DNA of 64,000 nucleotides from an uncultured bacterium (lineage in GTDB: Bacteria; Patescibacteriota; Minisyncoccia; Phycocordibacterales; GWA1-40-21): assembly GCA_963716205.1 (NCBI GenBank), contig OY970290.1, forward strand, positions 584,823 to 648,822, given 5' to 3'. Below the pieces are notes generated by a model, which searched no databases, was not told the origin of the DNA, and saw nothing but the letters and a program-made list of their open reading frames with translations. A program made the position numbers and the translations under genes. This document shows, piece by piece, positions 11,450 to 21,692 of this stretch (the stretch's first letter is position 1; each line of letters starts with the position of its first letter).

Positions 11450-12019
11450 TTAATTGCTGTTGTTGTATTGTTCCTCAATTCCTCTTTCAACCCGCCTGCC
11501 GATGATTCCGCTGTTGAGGCCTTGCGCGGAAATTGTGGTTTGAATGATACCGTTCATAAATTGTTTTACGATAGTGATGCCAGCATTCGGGCTTGTGACA
11601 TTCGGCGGAGTTGTCGTGGAATAATTGAATATCTGTGTCGGAATCACCGATGTGCTGTAGATATTATTACTGCCTGGACTAAAACTTAATTGCGTTGAAC
11701 TGCCATTGCAAGTGATTGTTGGATTCAATGTCGTAGTACTTACGGAATTGCAGTTATTATTTGAATCAACACTAAGACACGTCGGAAAAGCGCCGAGCAC
11801 AATATCGGAATACAGCGCACATTCTTCGGCGGAATCCGCCGCATAATACGCCACCTGCGAAGCCTCTTCGGAAGTTGATATCTGCAATTCTTTCAGGGAA
11901 ATATTAAAAATGGAAATACCGATTGCAATCAAAAGAGCCGAGGCAAGCACCGCAAAAAGCATGGCAAATCCTGACACTTCTTTTTTCCCTGTTATTTTTT
12001 TGTTTGTAAAAAATTTCAT
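11450..12019 (-). CDS. pilin-like minor pilus protein (atypical N-terminus GFAMLF)
   Basis: 189 aa. The N-terminal hydrophobic helix follows G (SGFAMLFAVLASALLIAIGI) but lacks Glu+5. It is the last gene of the minor-pilin array. Confidence 0.45.
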   Translation of the reverse strand: MKFFTNKKITGKKEVSGFAMLFAVLASALLIAIGISIFNISLKELQISTSEEASQVAYYAADSAEECALYSDIVLGAFPTCLSVDSNNNCNSVSTTTLNPTITCNGSSTQLSFSPGSNNIYSTSVIPTQIFNYSTTTPPNVTSPNAGITIVKQFMNGIIQTTISAQGLNSGIIGRRVERGIEEQYNNSN

Positions 12020-12609
12020 TGCAAATACGGTGAATAATTATAAATAAAATCACTGATAATGACGCTCTGTGAGCCGCCCGGACTTTGCCAGGAAACTTTC
12101 ACATTTACCTCGGCTTCGTTTGGATTTGAACTACTCGGATTTGGAATAATATTGATATATCGGGAAAAGATCGATGGTGATTCTCCAACGGGAGGATTGG
12201 AAATAAGCGGAACAAAATACAAAAAATTACCGCTCGTATCGCGCGCAATTTCCATCTGACTTGGGTTTGAATTTGGATCCTGCGGATTATAGGCTAGAAC
12301 ATTCAAATCTCTCGTATCAATGTTGCAATAAGAAGAAACGCAATTATCATCAAGTCCTGAAAGCCAATCCGTGACTGTGCTGTCTGTCTCGGCCTTTAGC
12401 GCAGTATTGTCCCTGATATTTTTTACCGCTTCAATCGCATCTTCGGCGAGAAATGATGCCGTTGCTTCGTCTTTTGAAATTTCCGCATCCGAAAGTCCTT
12501 TTTGTGCTATTGACATCGGGGTTGCAATCGCAATCAGCAAAATGGAAATAGCAACAAGCGCTTCGATAAGCGTAAAACCTTTTTCTTTTTTTGCATTGAT
12601 TAATATCAT
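12016..12609 (-). CDS. prepilin-type N-terminal cleavage/methylation domain protein (minor pilin)
   Basis: Class III signal KGFTLIEALVAISILLIAIA. Start chosen at MILINAKKEKGFTLIE to avoid overlapping the upstream gene. Confidence 0.6.
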   Translation of the reverse strand: MILINAKKEKGFTLIEALVAISILLIAIATPMSIAQKGLSDAEISKDEATASFLAEDAIEAVKNIRDNTALKAETDSTVTDWLSGLDDNCVSSYCNIDTRDLNVLAYNPQDPNSNPSQMEIARDTSGNFLYFVPLISNPPVGESPSIFSRYINIIPNPSSSNPNEAEVNVKVSWQSPGGSQSVIISDFIYNYSPYLQ

Positions 12610-12619
12610 ACTATTGAAT

Positions 12620-13204
12620 TTAACTCCTTTGTCTTTCCGACGCGGTCGTCTGTATATCAAATTCAGTACTCGTACCATTTTGAGACGGTATGAGACCGCT
12701 TGCGGTTATGAAAACTCTCGGCTGGATTGTAACGCCGTCTCCAAAAACATAAAAATCCATGCTGGAAATATCGACAGTCGATGTCGGAGCAGTAATGCTT
12801 TGCCAATTATTGGTACAATTTGAATTCAGGCAGATTTCCTCCTGCACATTGCCTTGTCCGGCGGACAAATTCGGATCTGTACTCTGGACAAATTTATAAT
12901 AGGTGGTATTACCGTCTGAATCATAACTTATTTCCTGAGTTGCACCTGATGAACAATCTCCGACAGTGTTGTTGTAATAACACTGATAATTCGTTCCCGA
13001 TCGCAAATTTCTCGTCATGGTATCGATAGCAAAATTCACATTATCAATGGTGGTTTTTATTGACTGTGCTCTGTCGTCCGCATTAACAATAGATACAAGC
13101 GCACCAATAGCAACAACCATGACTGTTGTAAAAATTGCAGTGGCGACAAGCATTTCCACAAGTGTAAAGGCTTTGTTGAATTTTATTTTTCTGATCTTCT
13201 TCAT
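12620..13204 (-). CDS. prepilin-type minor pilin
   Basis: N-terminus KAFTLVEMLVATAIFTTVMVVAIGAL. Confidence 0.6.
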   Translation of the reverse strand: MKKIRKIKFNKAFTLVEMLVATAIFTTVMVVAIGALVSIVNADDRAQSIKTTIDNVNFAIDTMTRNLRSGTNYQCYYNNTVGDCSSGATQEISYDSDGNTTYYKFVQSTDPNLSAGQGNVQEEICLNSNCTNNWQSITAPTSTVDISSMDFYVFGDGVTIQPRVFITASGLIPSQNGTSTEFDIQTTASERQRS

Positions 13205-13208
13205 AATT

Positions 13209-13892
13209 TTATTGAACATATACGAGCCCTATTGAATTTACAATAACATCTTTTGTCGCACCGTTTAGTGAAGCAACCTGAATATCAGCATAATTGTAAT
13301 GCGTATTGTCTCCATCTATAGTTATTACCGCATTTGGATTCGGTCTGGTAAAAAGAATAGTGAAACCGCTTGTTACTTGCGTACCGGTTTGAGCACTTAC
13401 ACTACATGTGCTGTTTGAACTGACGCAAATACCTTTTATATAATTTCCATTGCCAACAGTGTATCTTGAAATACATTCGTGATCGTTTGTGGTACATGAC
13501 TGTGAAACTTCATCAGCATCATATTTACCATTAGAAACATAATAATTTGAAGAATTTTTACTAATTGTATCTGTAAAAAAAACAAAATTTTTATTACTTC
13601 CTGGCGGATCGGCACCATTCAAATTAAGATTAAAATACACACCGAACGGGGCGAAAGGATTTAATGTTGTTTGTGATTCATTTACATTTACCCCATAACT
13701 TTGTGCTTGTTGCACAGTAAGTGCAACATCATACGCAAGATCTTTGAGTAAAATTGTATTATTAAAACCATTTGAACTGAAAAGTACAATCCCGGTTAAA
13801 ATGACAAAAATGGTGATAGTGACCAAAAGTTCGATAAGGGTGAATCCTTTTCTTGATTTTGATCTTAGATTATTAAATTTCTTCATTTTCAC
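13209..13892 (-). CDS. prepilin-type minor pilin
   Basis: N-terminus RKGFTLIELLVTITIFVILTGIVLF. The C-terminal region is rich in N/S/T/G. Confidence 0.6.
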   Translation of the reverse strand: MKMKKFNNLRSKSRKGFTLIELLVTITIFVILTGIVLFSSNGFNNTILLKDLAYDVALTVQQAQSYGVNVNESQTTLNPFAPFGVYFNLNLNGADPPGSNKNFVFFTDTISKNSSNYYVSNGKYDADEVSQSCTTNDHECISRYTVGNGNYIKGICVSSNSTCSVSAQTGTQVTSGFTILFTRPNPNAVITIDGDNTHYNYADIQVASLNGATKDVIVNSIGLVYVQ

Positions 13893-13964
13893 CCTAATAT
13901 TATATCATTTTGTATAAAAAAGGGTTCCATCTTTCAATGGAACCCTGCGGGATTTAACAAATCC

Positions 13965-14549
13965 CTAATTTGTAAGCTGCGCGGAAAACATGGCAGGATC
14001 TGAACTTTCGCCTGTCAGCGATGAGCCGCTGCCTAATGATGTCCCATTAAATGTTCCATCATTACTTCGATAAGCAGTCACTGTTAAACTCTGTGTTACC
14101 GCACTACTATAATAAGCCGTTATACTGACAGAATCACCGGCTGAAAAAGAAGTAAACGGTCCTCCAATTGTTAGCGGTATAGCACCAACCCCTGTACCAG
14201 ATAGAATTGGGGTGGAACCAGAATAACCAACAATACAACTGTAATCCACAAAAGGGCTACCAGCTGCACCGGATATTACATAATAAATATCATCATCTGG
14301 CGTTGCAGTCACTGTCGGCGTTATCGTCATTGTTGACGTCGCCGTAAAAACTGGTGTTGATGTCATCGTCACCGTAGGTGTCGATGACATGGTAACTGTC
14401 GGTGTTACCGATGTTACTATCTGCGTTGTGAACGTCGGTGTTGGAATGGTCTTTGCCTGCGTCGGTGTTCCTCCACAGCCAGAAATTGTAACGAGTGCGA
14501 CGGAGGACAAAAACAGTCCTGCCATCATCACCAACAATAAATTTTTCAT
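13965..14549 (-). CDS. lipoprotein with Thr/Pro-rich tandem-repeat linker
   Basis: MKNLLLVMMAGLFLSSVALVTISGC lipobox, followed by repeated TPTVTM(S/T)STP units. Confidence 0.5.
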   Translation of the reverse strand: MKNLLLVMMAGLFLSSVALVTISGCGGTPTQAKTIPTPTFTTQIVTSVTPTVTMSSTPTVTMTSTPVFTATSTMTITPTVTATPDDDIYYVISGAAGSPFVDYSCIVGYSGSTPILSGTGVGAIPLTIGGPFTSFSAGDSVSITAYYSSAVTQSLTVTAYRSNDGTFNGTSLGSGSSLTGESSDPAMFSAQLTN

Positions 14550-14678
14550 GATGTCCCCCTTGGACAAAATCAATTGGTTAAATTTTAGAGAACTCTGAAC
14601 TCCCTGTTGGGAGACCTTGACAAATGTCTCTATTTATATCATATATCAAAAATTAAAAAAGTCAAGTCTGCAAATATC

Positions 14679-15446
14679 CTATTGCCCTATGCGCAAAATC
14701 GCAAAAAGATTCCAGCTGGTGAAAAGTTCGAGAAGCAGGGCAAAAATAATGAACGGTGCAAACGGTATTTCGCTTTTCATGGTAAGCCCGAATTTCGATA
14801 TCTTCAGTTTTTGCAATTCCAGAAGAATCAGGCTGACGATAGCTCCGATCCAAAACGCAAGCATGATAGCAGAAATTCCGATACTCATGCCGAGAAGCCA
14901 GCCGACACCGAGTGCGAGCTTCGCATCACCAAGACCCATCCACTTCCCGCCCGAAATAAGCCAAAAAAAAGCAAAAAACGCGAAAAGTGTTGGACCCGCC
15001 CAAAAATTGACAAGTGTCGGTCCCGAAACAAGAAAAAAAACAAATGCAATAATATCAAAAAATAAAACCATACCATCGGGAATTATTTTGTGCTTCAAAT
15101 CGTAAACGAAAATGGCAACGAGTACCGAAATAGCAAGTAGATAAAGAAAAATAAGAGTGGAACCGAATTTCAAAAAGACAAGCGCAAATAAAATACCTGT
15201 CGAGAGTTCAACGAGCGGATACTGAAGTGAAATTTTGCTTTTGCATGTTGCACATCTTCCACCCAAGAATAAAAAGCTGAAAACCGGAATGAGTTCATAC
15301 CATTCGAGCGTCTTTCCGCATGAAAAGCATTTGGATCTGCCGGAGATGAAAGAAAGACCCGTGTTATAGCGCAAAACGACAACATTCACAAAACTGCCAA
15401 CAATCGTTCCGAGTATGAAAAAAATTATCGTGTCAAGAAAAATCAT
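14679..15446 (-). CDS. pilD: prepilin peptidase (A24 family)
   Basis: Two Zn-binding pairs (CFSCG, CATC), the catalytic Asp context including GLGDAKL, and 8 TM helices. Its ATG overlaps the TAA of the upstream pilin gene. Confidence 0.8.
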   Translation of the reverse strand: MIFLDTIIFFILGTIVGSFVNVVVLRYNTGLSFISGRSKCFSCGKTLEWYELIPVFSFLFLGGRCATCKSKISLQYPLVELSTGILFALVFLKFGSTLIFLYLLAISVLVAIFVYDLKHKIIPDGMVLFFDIIAFVFFLVSGPTLVNFWAGPTLFAFFAFFWLISGGKWMGLGDAKLALGVGWLLGMSIGISAIMLAFWIGAIVSLILLELQKLKISKFGLTMKSEIPFAPFIIFALLLELFTSWNLFAILRIGQ

Positions 15447-15937
15447 TATGGCATTGCATCGTAAACCAAGGAATTCGCCGGCGAAGCATTTACTTCTTCT
15501 AGCGGACTTCCGCCAGTGCATATCGTAAATGGCGTTGAGGAAAGATTCGTTGAATCAAATCCTTTTTTTGACGATAAATATTGATTCGAACTTTCAAGCG
15601 TCGTCCATAGCTGATATGTTGTGCAAATGGAAGCATTCGAACCAGTTTCTTGTGTCAGCGGAAGATAATTATACTGGTATGCCAAGCCACTCGGACCACC
15701 CGATGGCGGAGTCGGGATGGGACCAATCGCAGCGGTGCTTGTTGGATATTGTCCATAATGATTGAAATATGTCTCGAGAGAAAGTTGTATCGAGCTGATG
15801 TCAGCGACTCTTTTTTTATCACGGCTTTGCACCTGTGCCTGACCAAATGAAGCGTAAATAATAATCGTCAATATGACAATAATACTGATGACAATGAGAA
15901 GTTCGATAAGAGTAAACCCTTTTGATTTTTTTTTCAT
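15446..15937 (-). CDS. type IV pilin
   Basis: N-terminus KGFTLIELLIVISIIVILTIIIYASF. Confidence 0.7.
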   Translation of the reverse strand: MKKKSKGFTLIELLIVISIIVILTIIIYASFGQAQVQSRDKKRVADISSIQLSLETYFNHYGQYPTSTAAIGPIPTPPSGGPSGLAYQYNYLPLTQETGSNASICTTYQLWTTLESSNQYLSSKKGFDSTNLSSTPFTICTGGSPLEEVNASPANSLVYDAMP

Positions 15938-15968
15938 AAAACAATTATAACTTTTTTGGCATAAAAAG

Positions 15969-15993
15969 AAAAACGCCCCGTTGGGCGTTTTTC
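15969..15993 (-). terminator. Rho-independent terminator downstream of the major pilin gene
   Basis: Perfect hairpin acgccccgttgggcgt followed by a T-run on the minus strand. Confidence 0.6.
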
Positions 15994-16014
15994 AAAAACT
16001 AATTAAAAAATATT

Positions 16015-16473
16015 TTAATCAGTTGCTGTACAAAGACCATTACCTATAGCAGCTGCGGTTGTTGTACCAGTGTAACCACTTCCATCAACGCACCAATATG
16101 CACCTGTTGATAATTCAGCTGCAAATGTATATGTCGATGTTGCTGAAGTACACGCAACAACATGACCAGAAGCATTTGATGTTACGTTAGTAACAATTGA
16201 TGCACCTTGTGCATCTCCCGATGTATTAAACACAGAACCGGTATCGCCAGTTCCCGTGCAAGAAGTTATAGCGGTAGTACCATAATCTTGACCGATATTA
16301 TAGAATATGGCTGCTTGTGCTTGGAAATTACTCAATCCTGATTGTACGGCTGCATCTGAACCCTTTGCTCTCGCCGAATTCAAAGACGCCAAAACGACTG
16401 ATGAAAGAATACCGATGATGGCGATGACCACCAAAAGTTCGATCAATGTAAAACCTTTTTGCTTTCTAATCAT
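16015..16473 (-). CDS. pilA: type IV major pilin
   Basis: MIRKQKGFTLIELLVVIAIIGILSSVVLASL..., a canonical type IVa pilin N-terminus with Glu+5. It has its own terminator. Confidence 0.8.
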   Translation of the reverse strand: MIRKQKGFTLIELLVVIAIIGILSSVVLASLNSARAKGSDAAVQSGLSNFQAQAAIFYNIGQDYGTTAITSCTGTGDTGSVFNTSGDAQGASIVTNVTSNASGHVVACTSATSTYTFAAELSTGAYWCVDGSGYTGTTTAAAIGNGLCTATD

Positions 16474-16666
16474 AATCTTTAATTTTTATCGATAAAAATC
16501 AATTAACATTAATAAAGTTAGCTTGTTGTTTTGATTCTTTCCGCATCGCTTGCTCAAGGCAAAAAGAAAATCATCGAAACATTATTGCAATATTCAAGCT
16601 GACAAGATAATTATACACCAGCAGAAATTAAAGCGGCAAAGTTGAGTGTTGATAAGTCAAGAGCAA

Positions 16667-17875
16667 TTACATTCCCGCGGAAATACTATATATAGGAACA
16701 AGTACGGAAGCCATGAGGAATCCAACGCCGATACCGAGAAGAACAATCATTGCCGGCTCGATAAGCGAAACAAGCCCATCAATGGAATTCGTCACTTCCC
16801 TTCGATAAAAATCTGAAAGTGTTTTCAAAATATTGCCGAGCTGTCCGGTCTCTTCGCCGATTTTCACCATTTGGACAAATATGCCGGGGATTTCAGGATG
16901 CTTGGCAAGTGCATCGGAAACGGAGCTTCCTGCCTTGACATCTTCTACCGTTTTTTCGAGCAGCTGCTGAAAAATTCTGTTCTCAACAATAGTGGATGTG
17001 ATCTCAAGACCTTTGACCATCGGGATTCCGGAGATGATCATGGTGTTCATATTTTCCGCAATGCGCGAAAGATAGAGTGTCGAATACAATTTCTTGGCAA
17101 GCGGAGTTGTCAATTTCAGTTCATCAAGCGATCTCTTGCCAACATCGGTCATAAAATATCTGACGACAAAAAATCCTCCGATGATAAGCGCAATAAGAAT
17201 AAACACTCCGTAGCTGACGACAAAGCCGGAAAAGCCCAGGACGAATTGGGTATAAAGAGGAAGCGTCTGGCCGGAGCCCGTCAGAATGCCGCTGATTTTC
17301 GGGATGACAAATACAAGCATCAGAATCATAACCGCAATAAATGTAAATACAACGAACGCCGGATAGATAAGAGCTGTTTTCACTTTTGAATCCACTTCGT
17401 ATGTTCTGTCCAGATGATCCGCCAGATACATGAAAGTCTGATCCAGCTTTCCGGATTCTTCTCCCGCCTTAACCATATTGACGTAAAACGGAGTGAAAAT
17501 TTTCGGATGCTTCGCAAGCGCCGCGGAAATCGGGCTGCCGGACTGCAAATCGTCCACGATATCCTTGAGCCGCTCGCGCAAAACGCGACTGTCAGATTGC
17601 GCCGAAAGAAGCTGGAAAATTTTTAATGCGGAAACCTGCGCTGCGAACAGTGTCGCCATCTGCCGGGAAAGAATGACAATGTCTTTGTTTGAAACGCGGT
17701 CAAAAAAAGAAATATTTTTTGAAAAAAAAGAACCTTTTTCTTCTTCCGGCTTTATGGAAACAATAGAAAGCCCTCTTTTTTGCAGCGAGCTGATTGCAAT
17801 CTCAATATTGGAAGCATCGATCGTGCCTTCGCTTGGCGTTCCTTTTTGGTCGAGTGTTTTATATCGAAATGTCAT
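16667..17875 (-). CDS. pilC: type IV pilus platform protein PilC (GspF family)
   Basis: 402 aa with two T2SSF repeats, each followed by TM segments. Confidence 0.85.
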   Translation of the reverse strand: MTFRYKTLDQKGTPSEGTIDASNIEIAISSLQKRGLSIVSIKPEEEKGSFFSKNISFFDRVSNKDIVILSRQMATLFAAQVSALKIFQLLSAQSDSRVLRERLKDIVDDLQSGSPISAALAKHPKIFTPFYVNMVKAGEESGKLDQTFMYLADHLDRTYEVDSKVKTALIYPAFVVFTFIAVMILMLVFVIPKISGILTGSGQTLPLYTQFVLGFSGFVVSYGVFILIALIIGGFFVVRYFMTDVGKRSLDELKLTTPLAKKLYSTLYLSRIAENMNTMIISGIPMVKGLEITSTIVENRIFQQLLEKTVEDVKAGSSVSDALAKHPEIPGIFVQMVKIGEETGQLGNILKTLSDFYRREVTNSIDGLVSLIEPAMIVLLGIGVGFLMASVLVPIYSISAGM

Positions 17876-17898
17876 CGCAATAAAGATTTATAGAAGAA

Positions 17899-18963
17899 TT
17901 ATATCATCTTTTGCAGAATTTTCGCGTCGTTTGAATACATATAAGCATTTTCAACGGTGATTTCTCCGCGCGCCACAAGCTCGGCAAGACATCGGTTCAT
18001 ATCAACCATTCCTTCCTGCGAACTCGTCTCAATAACCGAGCTGATTTCATGGATTCTATTTTCACGGATCAGATTTGCCACCGCGTTGTTGTTAATCAGA
18101 AGCTCGTATGCCGGTATCAGGCCGCCGGAAATTCTCGGAATGAGTCTCTGCGAAAGAATTCCCGTCAGGCTTCCAGCAAGCTGAATGCGTATTTCCTCCT
18201 CCTGCTCCGCCGGGAATGAATCAATGATACGGGAGATCGTCTGCGCGGCGCTATTGGTATGGATCGTCGAGAAAACCAAATGTCCTGTTTCCGCCGCAGT
18301 CACGGCGATTGAAATAGTCTCCGCTCCGCGCATCTCACCGATAAGTGCAACATCAACATCTTCCCGGAACATACTCCTGAGGGCTGTGGCAAAATCAACT
18401 GTATCAATTCTAACTTCACGCTGATCAATAATTGATTTTTTCGGCTCATACACATATTCTATCGGATCTTCAATAGTGATAATATGCTCCGCCCTGCTTT
18501 CATTGATGGATTCAATCATTGCGGCAAGAGTTGTTGTCTTTCCGTGTCCGACTGGACCGACAACCAGGAAAAATCCCTGCGGTTTGTCCGCAAAATTTTT
18601 CAAGACTTCTGGCAAGTTTAATTCACCGAGACTTCGAATTTTTTTCGGAATAAGACGCAGAGCAATCGAAACCATCCCCTGCTGGAAATACGCGTTGCCA
18701 CGAAATCGTTCCCCATTTTCAATTGCATATGAAAAATCAAGTTCTTTTGTTTTCAAAAAAATTTCCTTGTTTTCTTTTGTCACGAGCTCCGAGAGGATAC
18801 CGATCATCATTTCACCCGAGACAACATCGCGCTTGACGAGCGGAAGCAAAAGTCCGGACACACGGATCGTCGGGCGCTTGCCTTCCGAGAGATGCAGGTC
18901 TGATGCGCCTTCCTGAAAAACAATTTTTACCAATTCCTCAAGTTCTGTTTTGTAGTCTGCCAT
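17899..18963 (-). CDS. pilT: twitching-motility retraction ATPase PilT
   Basis: Walker A GPVGHGKTTT, Asp box, Walker B, His box and AIRNLIRE-like motif. Start set at MADYKTELEEL. Confidence 0.8.
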   Translation of the reverse strand: MADYKTELEELVKIVFQEGASDLHLSEGKRPTIRVSGLLLPLVKRDVVSGEMMIGILSELVTKENKEIFLKTKELDFSYAIENGERFRGNAYFQQGMVSIALRLIPKKIRSLGELNLPEVLKNFADKPQGFFLVVGPVGHGKTTTLAAMIESINESRAEHIITIEDPIEYVYEPKKSIIDQREVRIDTVDFATALRSMFREDVDVALIGEMRGAETISIAVTAAETGHLVFSTIHTNSAAQTISRIIDSFPAEQEEEIRIQLAGSLTGILSQRLIPRISGGLIPAYELLINNNAVANLIRENRIHEISSVIETSSQEGMVDMNRCLAELVARGEITVENAYMYSNDAKILQKMI

Positions 18964-19018
18964 ATGTTTATAGTTATTAATATTGATTGTAACGCATTTT
19001 TCCTTTTTATGAAAACGA

Positions 19019-20740
19019 TCAGAGCTGATTGACTTCTTCAAACGGGATGATTTTCTGCATCGCTTTGATGATAGCGTCTTCTTTCATAGTGATCAAGCCA
19101 TTTTTTCTCGCAATTTTATAGACTTCGGATTCTGATGGATTTTTCAAAATGGCGTCTTCTATTTCATGGCTCATTTTGAACATTTCAAAAACAGCGATTC
19201 TTCCTTTTGTGCCAGTCGGGCATTGTGGTGTCGATTCTTTTTCAAAAAATTGAGTTGCTGTGGGAATTTCATTTCTGAATTGATCCGGCAGATCCGCAAA
19301 TTCCTTGTCAATCATTTTCGTGACGCTTTCCGTCGTCATATCGAGTGGTTTCCCTGTGTCGGGGCACAGCTGATTGACCAAGCGCTGCGCCACGGCGAGT
19401 ACAAGCGTCGGTCCGATAAGATACGGATCGACGCCCATATCGATCAGTCGCGGAACAACGCCGCATGCGTTATTGGTGTGAATGGTCGAGAGCACCAAGT
19501 GTCCGGTCAATGCCGCTTGCACGGCAAGCCCCGCGGTTTCTTTGTCTCTGATTTCACCAACCATGATGATGTTAGGATCTTGTCGCAGTGTTGTGCGAAG
19601 TCCGTTTGCAAAATCATATCCGATTTCCGGAAAAACCTGCGATTGGCTCACTCCGGCAATACTGTATTCAATCGGGTCTTCCAAACTCAAAATGTTTTTG
19701 TGATCTTTGTCCATTTCCTGAAGCATCGAATACAGCGTTGTTGACTTTCCGCTTCCGGTCGGACCGGAAATCAATATCAAACCATACGGTCTCGCCATCG
19801 CTTCGCGGACCATTTTCAAATAGCGGTCGGAAAAACCCATTTGATCAAGCGACTTGACGCCACGTTCCTGATCAAGAATTCTCATAACGACTTTTTCGCC
19901 GTTGTTGGTCGGAAATGTCGAGACGCGAAAATCTATTTTTCTACCGTCAATAACGGCGCCGATGCGTCCGTCTTGCGGCCTTCGCTTTTCATCAAGGCGC
20001 ATATTGGCAAGAATTTTGATACGTGCGACAACAGCTTGCTGGACTTCAAGCGGTAGGACGAGACTGGTGTTGAGAACGCCATCCACGCGAAATCTCACGC
20101 GGACTTTGTCCGTCATCGGTTCAATATGGATATCCGATGCGTTTCCTTCGATGGCGTATCGCATGATGGTGGCGACAATTTTCGTCACCGGAGCATCCTC
20201 GACGATTTTCGTCTGATCCTGACCTTCATCTTTTTGATTCTTGATGATGCTGACACCTTTGACATCGGCGGAAAGCTCGACATCGAGATCGGTCAGGGCC
20301 TTTTTCACTTCGCCGCCAAGCCCGCGATAGCTTTCAATGACTTTTTGGAAATCTTTCTGTAGAATAATGAACAGCTTATAGGGAAGATTCAGTTTTTCAA
20401 CAATAAAGCTGATGGCATCCCTCGCCTCGATATTTTCCGGATCAGTGATACCGATTTCAAGCACGCCGTCTTCCAAAAAAAGCGGGACGAATCCGTAATG
20501 CGTGGCGGCATCCTCCGAAACATATTTCAAAATGGAAAAAGGCACTTGCTTGCCTTCCAGATTTTGCACGGGAAAATTGTAATATTCCCCTTCTGCATTC
20601 AAAATGGAATCGGCGGAAACTCCCTGGCTTTCCAAAACATCTTCTATTGTTTTCCCCGACGAAGCCGCCTGCTTTTCGATTTTTGCGGCATCACCTTTTC
20701 CGATTATCTTTTTATCCGATAATATTTGAAGAATATTCAT
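19019..20740 (-). CDS. pilB: type IV pilus assembly ATPase PilB (GspE family)
   Basis: 573 aa with an N-terminal GspE_N domain, Walker A GPTGSGKSTT and a tetracysteine motif. Confidence 0.85.
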   Translation of the reverse strand: MNILQILSDKKIIGKGDAAKIEKQAASSGKTIEDVLESQGVSADSILNAEGEYYNFPVQNLEGKQVPFSILKYVSEDAATHYGFVPLFLEDGVLEIGITDPENIEARDAISFIVEKLNLPYKLFIILQKDFQKVIESYRGLGGEVKKALTDLDVELSADVKGVSIIKNQKDEGQDQTKIVEDAPVTKIVATIMRYAIEGNASDIHIEPMTDKVRVRFRVDGVLNTSLVLPLEVQQAVVARIKILANMRLDEKRRPQDGRIGAVIDGRKIDFRVSTFPTNNGEKVVMRILDQERGVKSLDQMGFSDRYLKMVREAMARPYGLILISGPTGSGKSTTLYSMLQEMDKDHKNILSLEDPIEYSIAGVSQSQVFPEIGYDFANGLRTTLRQDPNIIMVGEIRDKETAGLAVQAALTGHLVLSTIHTNNACGVVPRLIDMGVDPYLIGPTLVLAVAQRLVNQLCPDTGKPLDMTTESVTKMIDKEFADLPDQFRNEIPTATQFFEKESTPQCPTGTKGRIAVFEMFKMSHEIEDAILKNPSESEVYKIARKNGLITMKEDAIIKAMQKIIPFEEVNQL

Positions 20741-20755
20741 ACGCGCCTGTTTATT

Positions 20756-21097
20756 TTATTTGAGACTTACGTTGATGGTGGTCGTCGATGCCGGAGCATC
20801 CGTGCTTCCGACGGGAGCAAACGGATTGGCTCGTCCTGCCGGCTCCGCAGAGAATGAAACCGTATTGTCTTTCAGACTTTCAAACGAAGGATCGGAGAAA
20901 ATCGAATCATCGAGCTTGACTTGACCCATCTGCTGGAGAAGAGAATAAATATACTGGGCATCGGTTGATTCAGAAGTGCTCTGGCTTGCGGTAAGCGAAG
21001 AATCTCCGGTGGTATTTGCCGTGTTGCTTGTTCCCAAATACCAAAAAGCTAGAAGGATGACGAGGATGACAACAATGATTGTGATGATTTTTTTCAT
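20756..21097 (-). CDS. hypothetical membrane-anchored protein in PilP position
   Basis: 113 aa with one TM helix and a Ser/Thr-rich region. It sits between the pilO-like gene and pilB. Confidence 0.3.
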   Translation of the reverse strand: MKKIITIIVVILVILLAFWYLGTSNTANTTGDSSLTASQSTSESTDAQYIYSLLQQMGQVKLDDSIFSDPSFESLKDNTVSFSAEPAGRANPFAPVGSTDAPASTTTINVSLK

Positions 21098-21108
21098 GAT
21101 AATAATTT

Positions 21109-21687
21109 TTATTGCAGCCAATACGTATTGAGCGTCACGTTAAAATCATAAAAACCGGTGTCGTTGGCGTTGAAGGTAATGTTCGTGATGTCAACAAGAC
21201 GCAGATTGCTCTCCAAATCCTGCAGAAAATTTATGAAATTGCTGTAGGAAGCATTGACAGTGAAGCTCAATGAAACCGTTCCATATGCATTTGCCGTGCC
21301 GGCTGCGTTTGCATTCCCAGAGGCGGTGGAGTTGCCAATGGTAATATTTTTGGCAATCAGATTTCTTCCTTGGGCAATCTGGCTGATCTCGATGATCAGG
21401 CGGATATTGTCGATATTCGGGGGAAGCATTTTGGAAAGGCGATCCTGATCATCCGTGCTGATGGTATTTTCTTTTTGAACAAGATTATTCTCCTGCGAAA
21501 CTATCGAAACTGAACTTTTTGCCACATCCTGATAATTGGCAAGCTGGCTTTGAAGCGCATCAATACTGTAGGTCGAATAATCGGTCGGATTGGTCGGCGT
21601 GCTTGTGCCTTTGTAATTCGGATCAACATAGCCGAAGAAAATTCCGAGTGATGAAAGTATTAAAATGATTGGTAAAATTAAATTCAT
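21109..21687 (-). CDS. pilO: PilO-like pilus biogenesis protein
   Basis: N-terminal TM helix followed by a coiled coil, in the pilMNO gene order. Confidence 0.5.
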   Translation of the reverse strand: MNLILPIILILSSLGIFFGYVDPNYKGTSTPTNPTDYSTYSIDALQSQLANYQDVAKSSVSIVSQENNLVQKENTISTDDQDRLSKMLPPNIDNIRLIIEISQIAQGRNLIAKNITIGNSTASGNANAAGTANAYGTVSLSFTVNASYSNFINFLQDLESNLRLVDITNITFNANDTGFYDFNVTLNTYWLQ

Positions 21688-21692
21688 AGTTA

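Noticed and set aside
14607-15105. Two overlapping plus-strand ORFs (152 and 162 aa)
   Set aside because: Antisense within pilD. Lys/Arg-rich shadow frames of an AT-rich membrane-protein gene.
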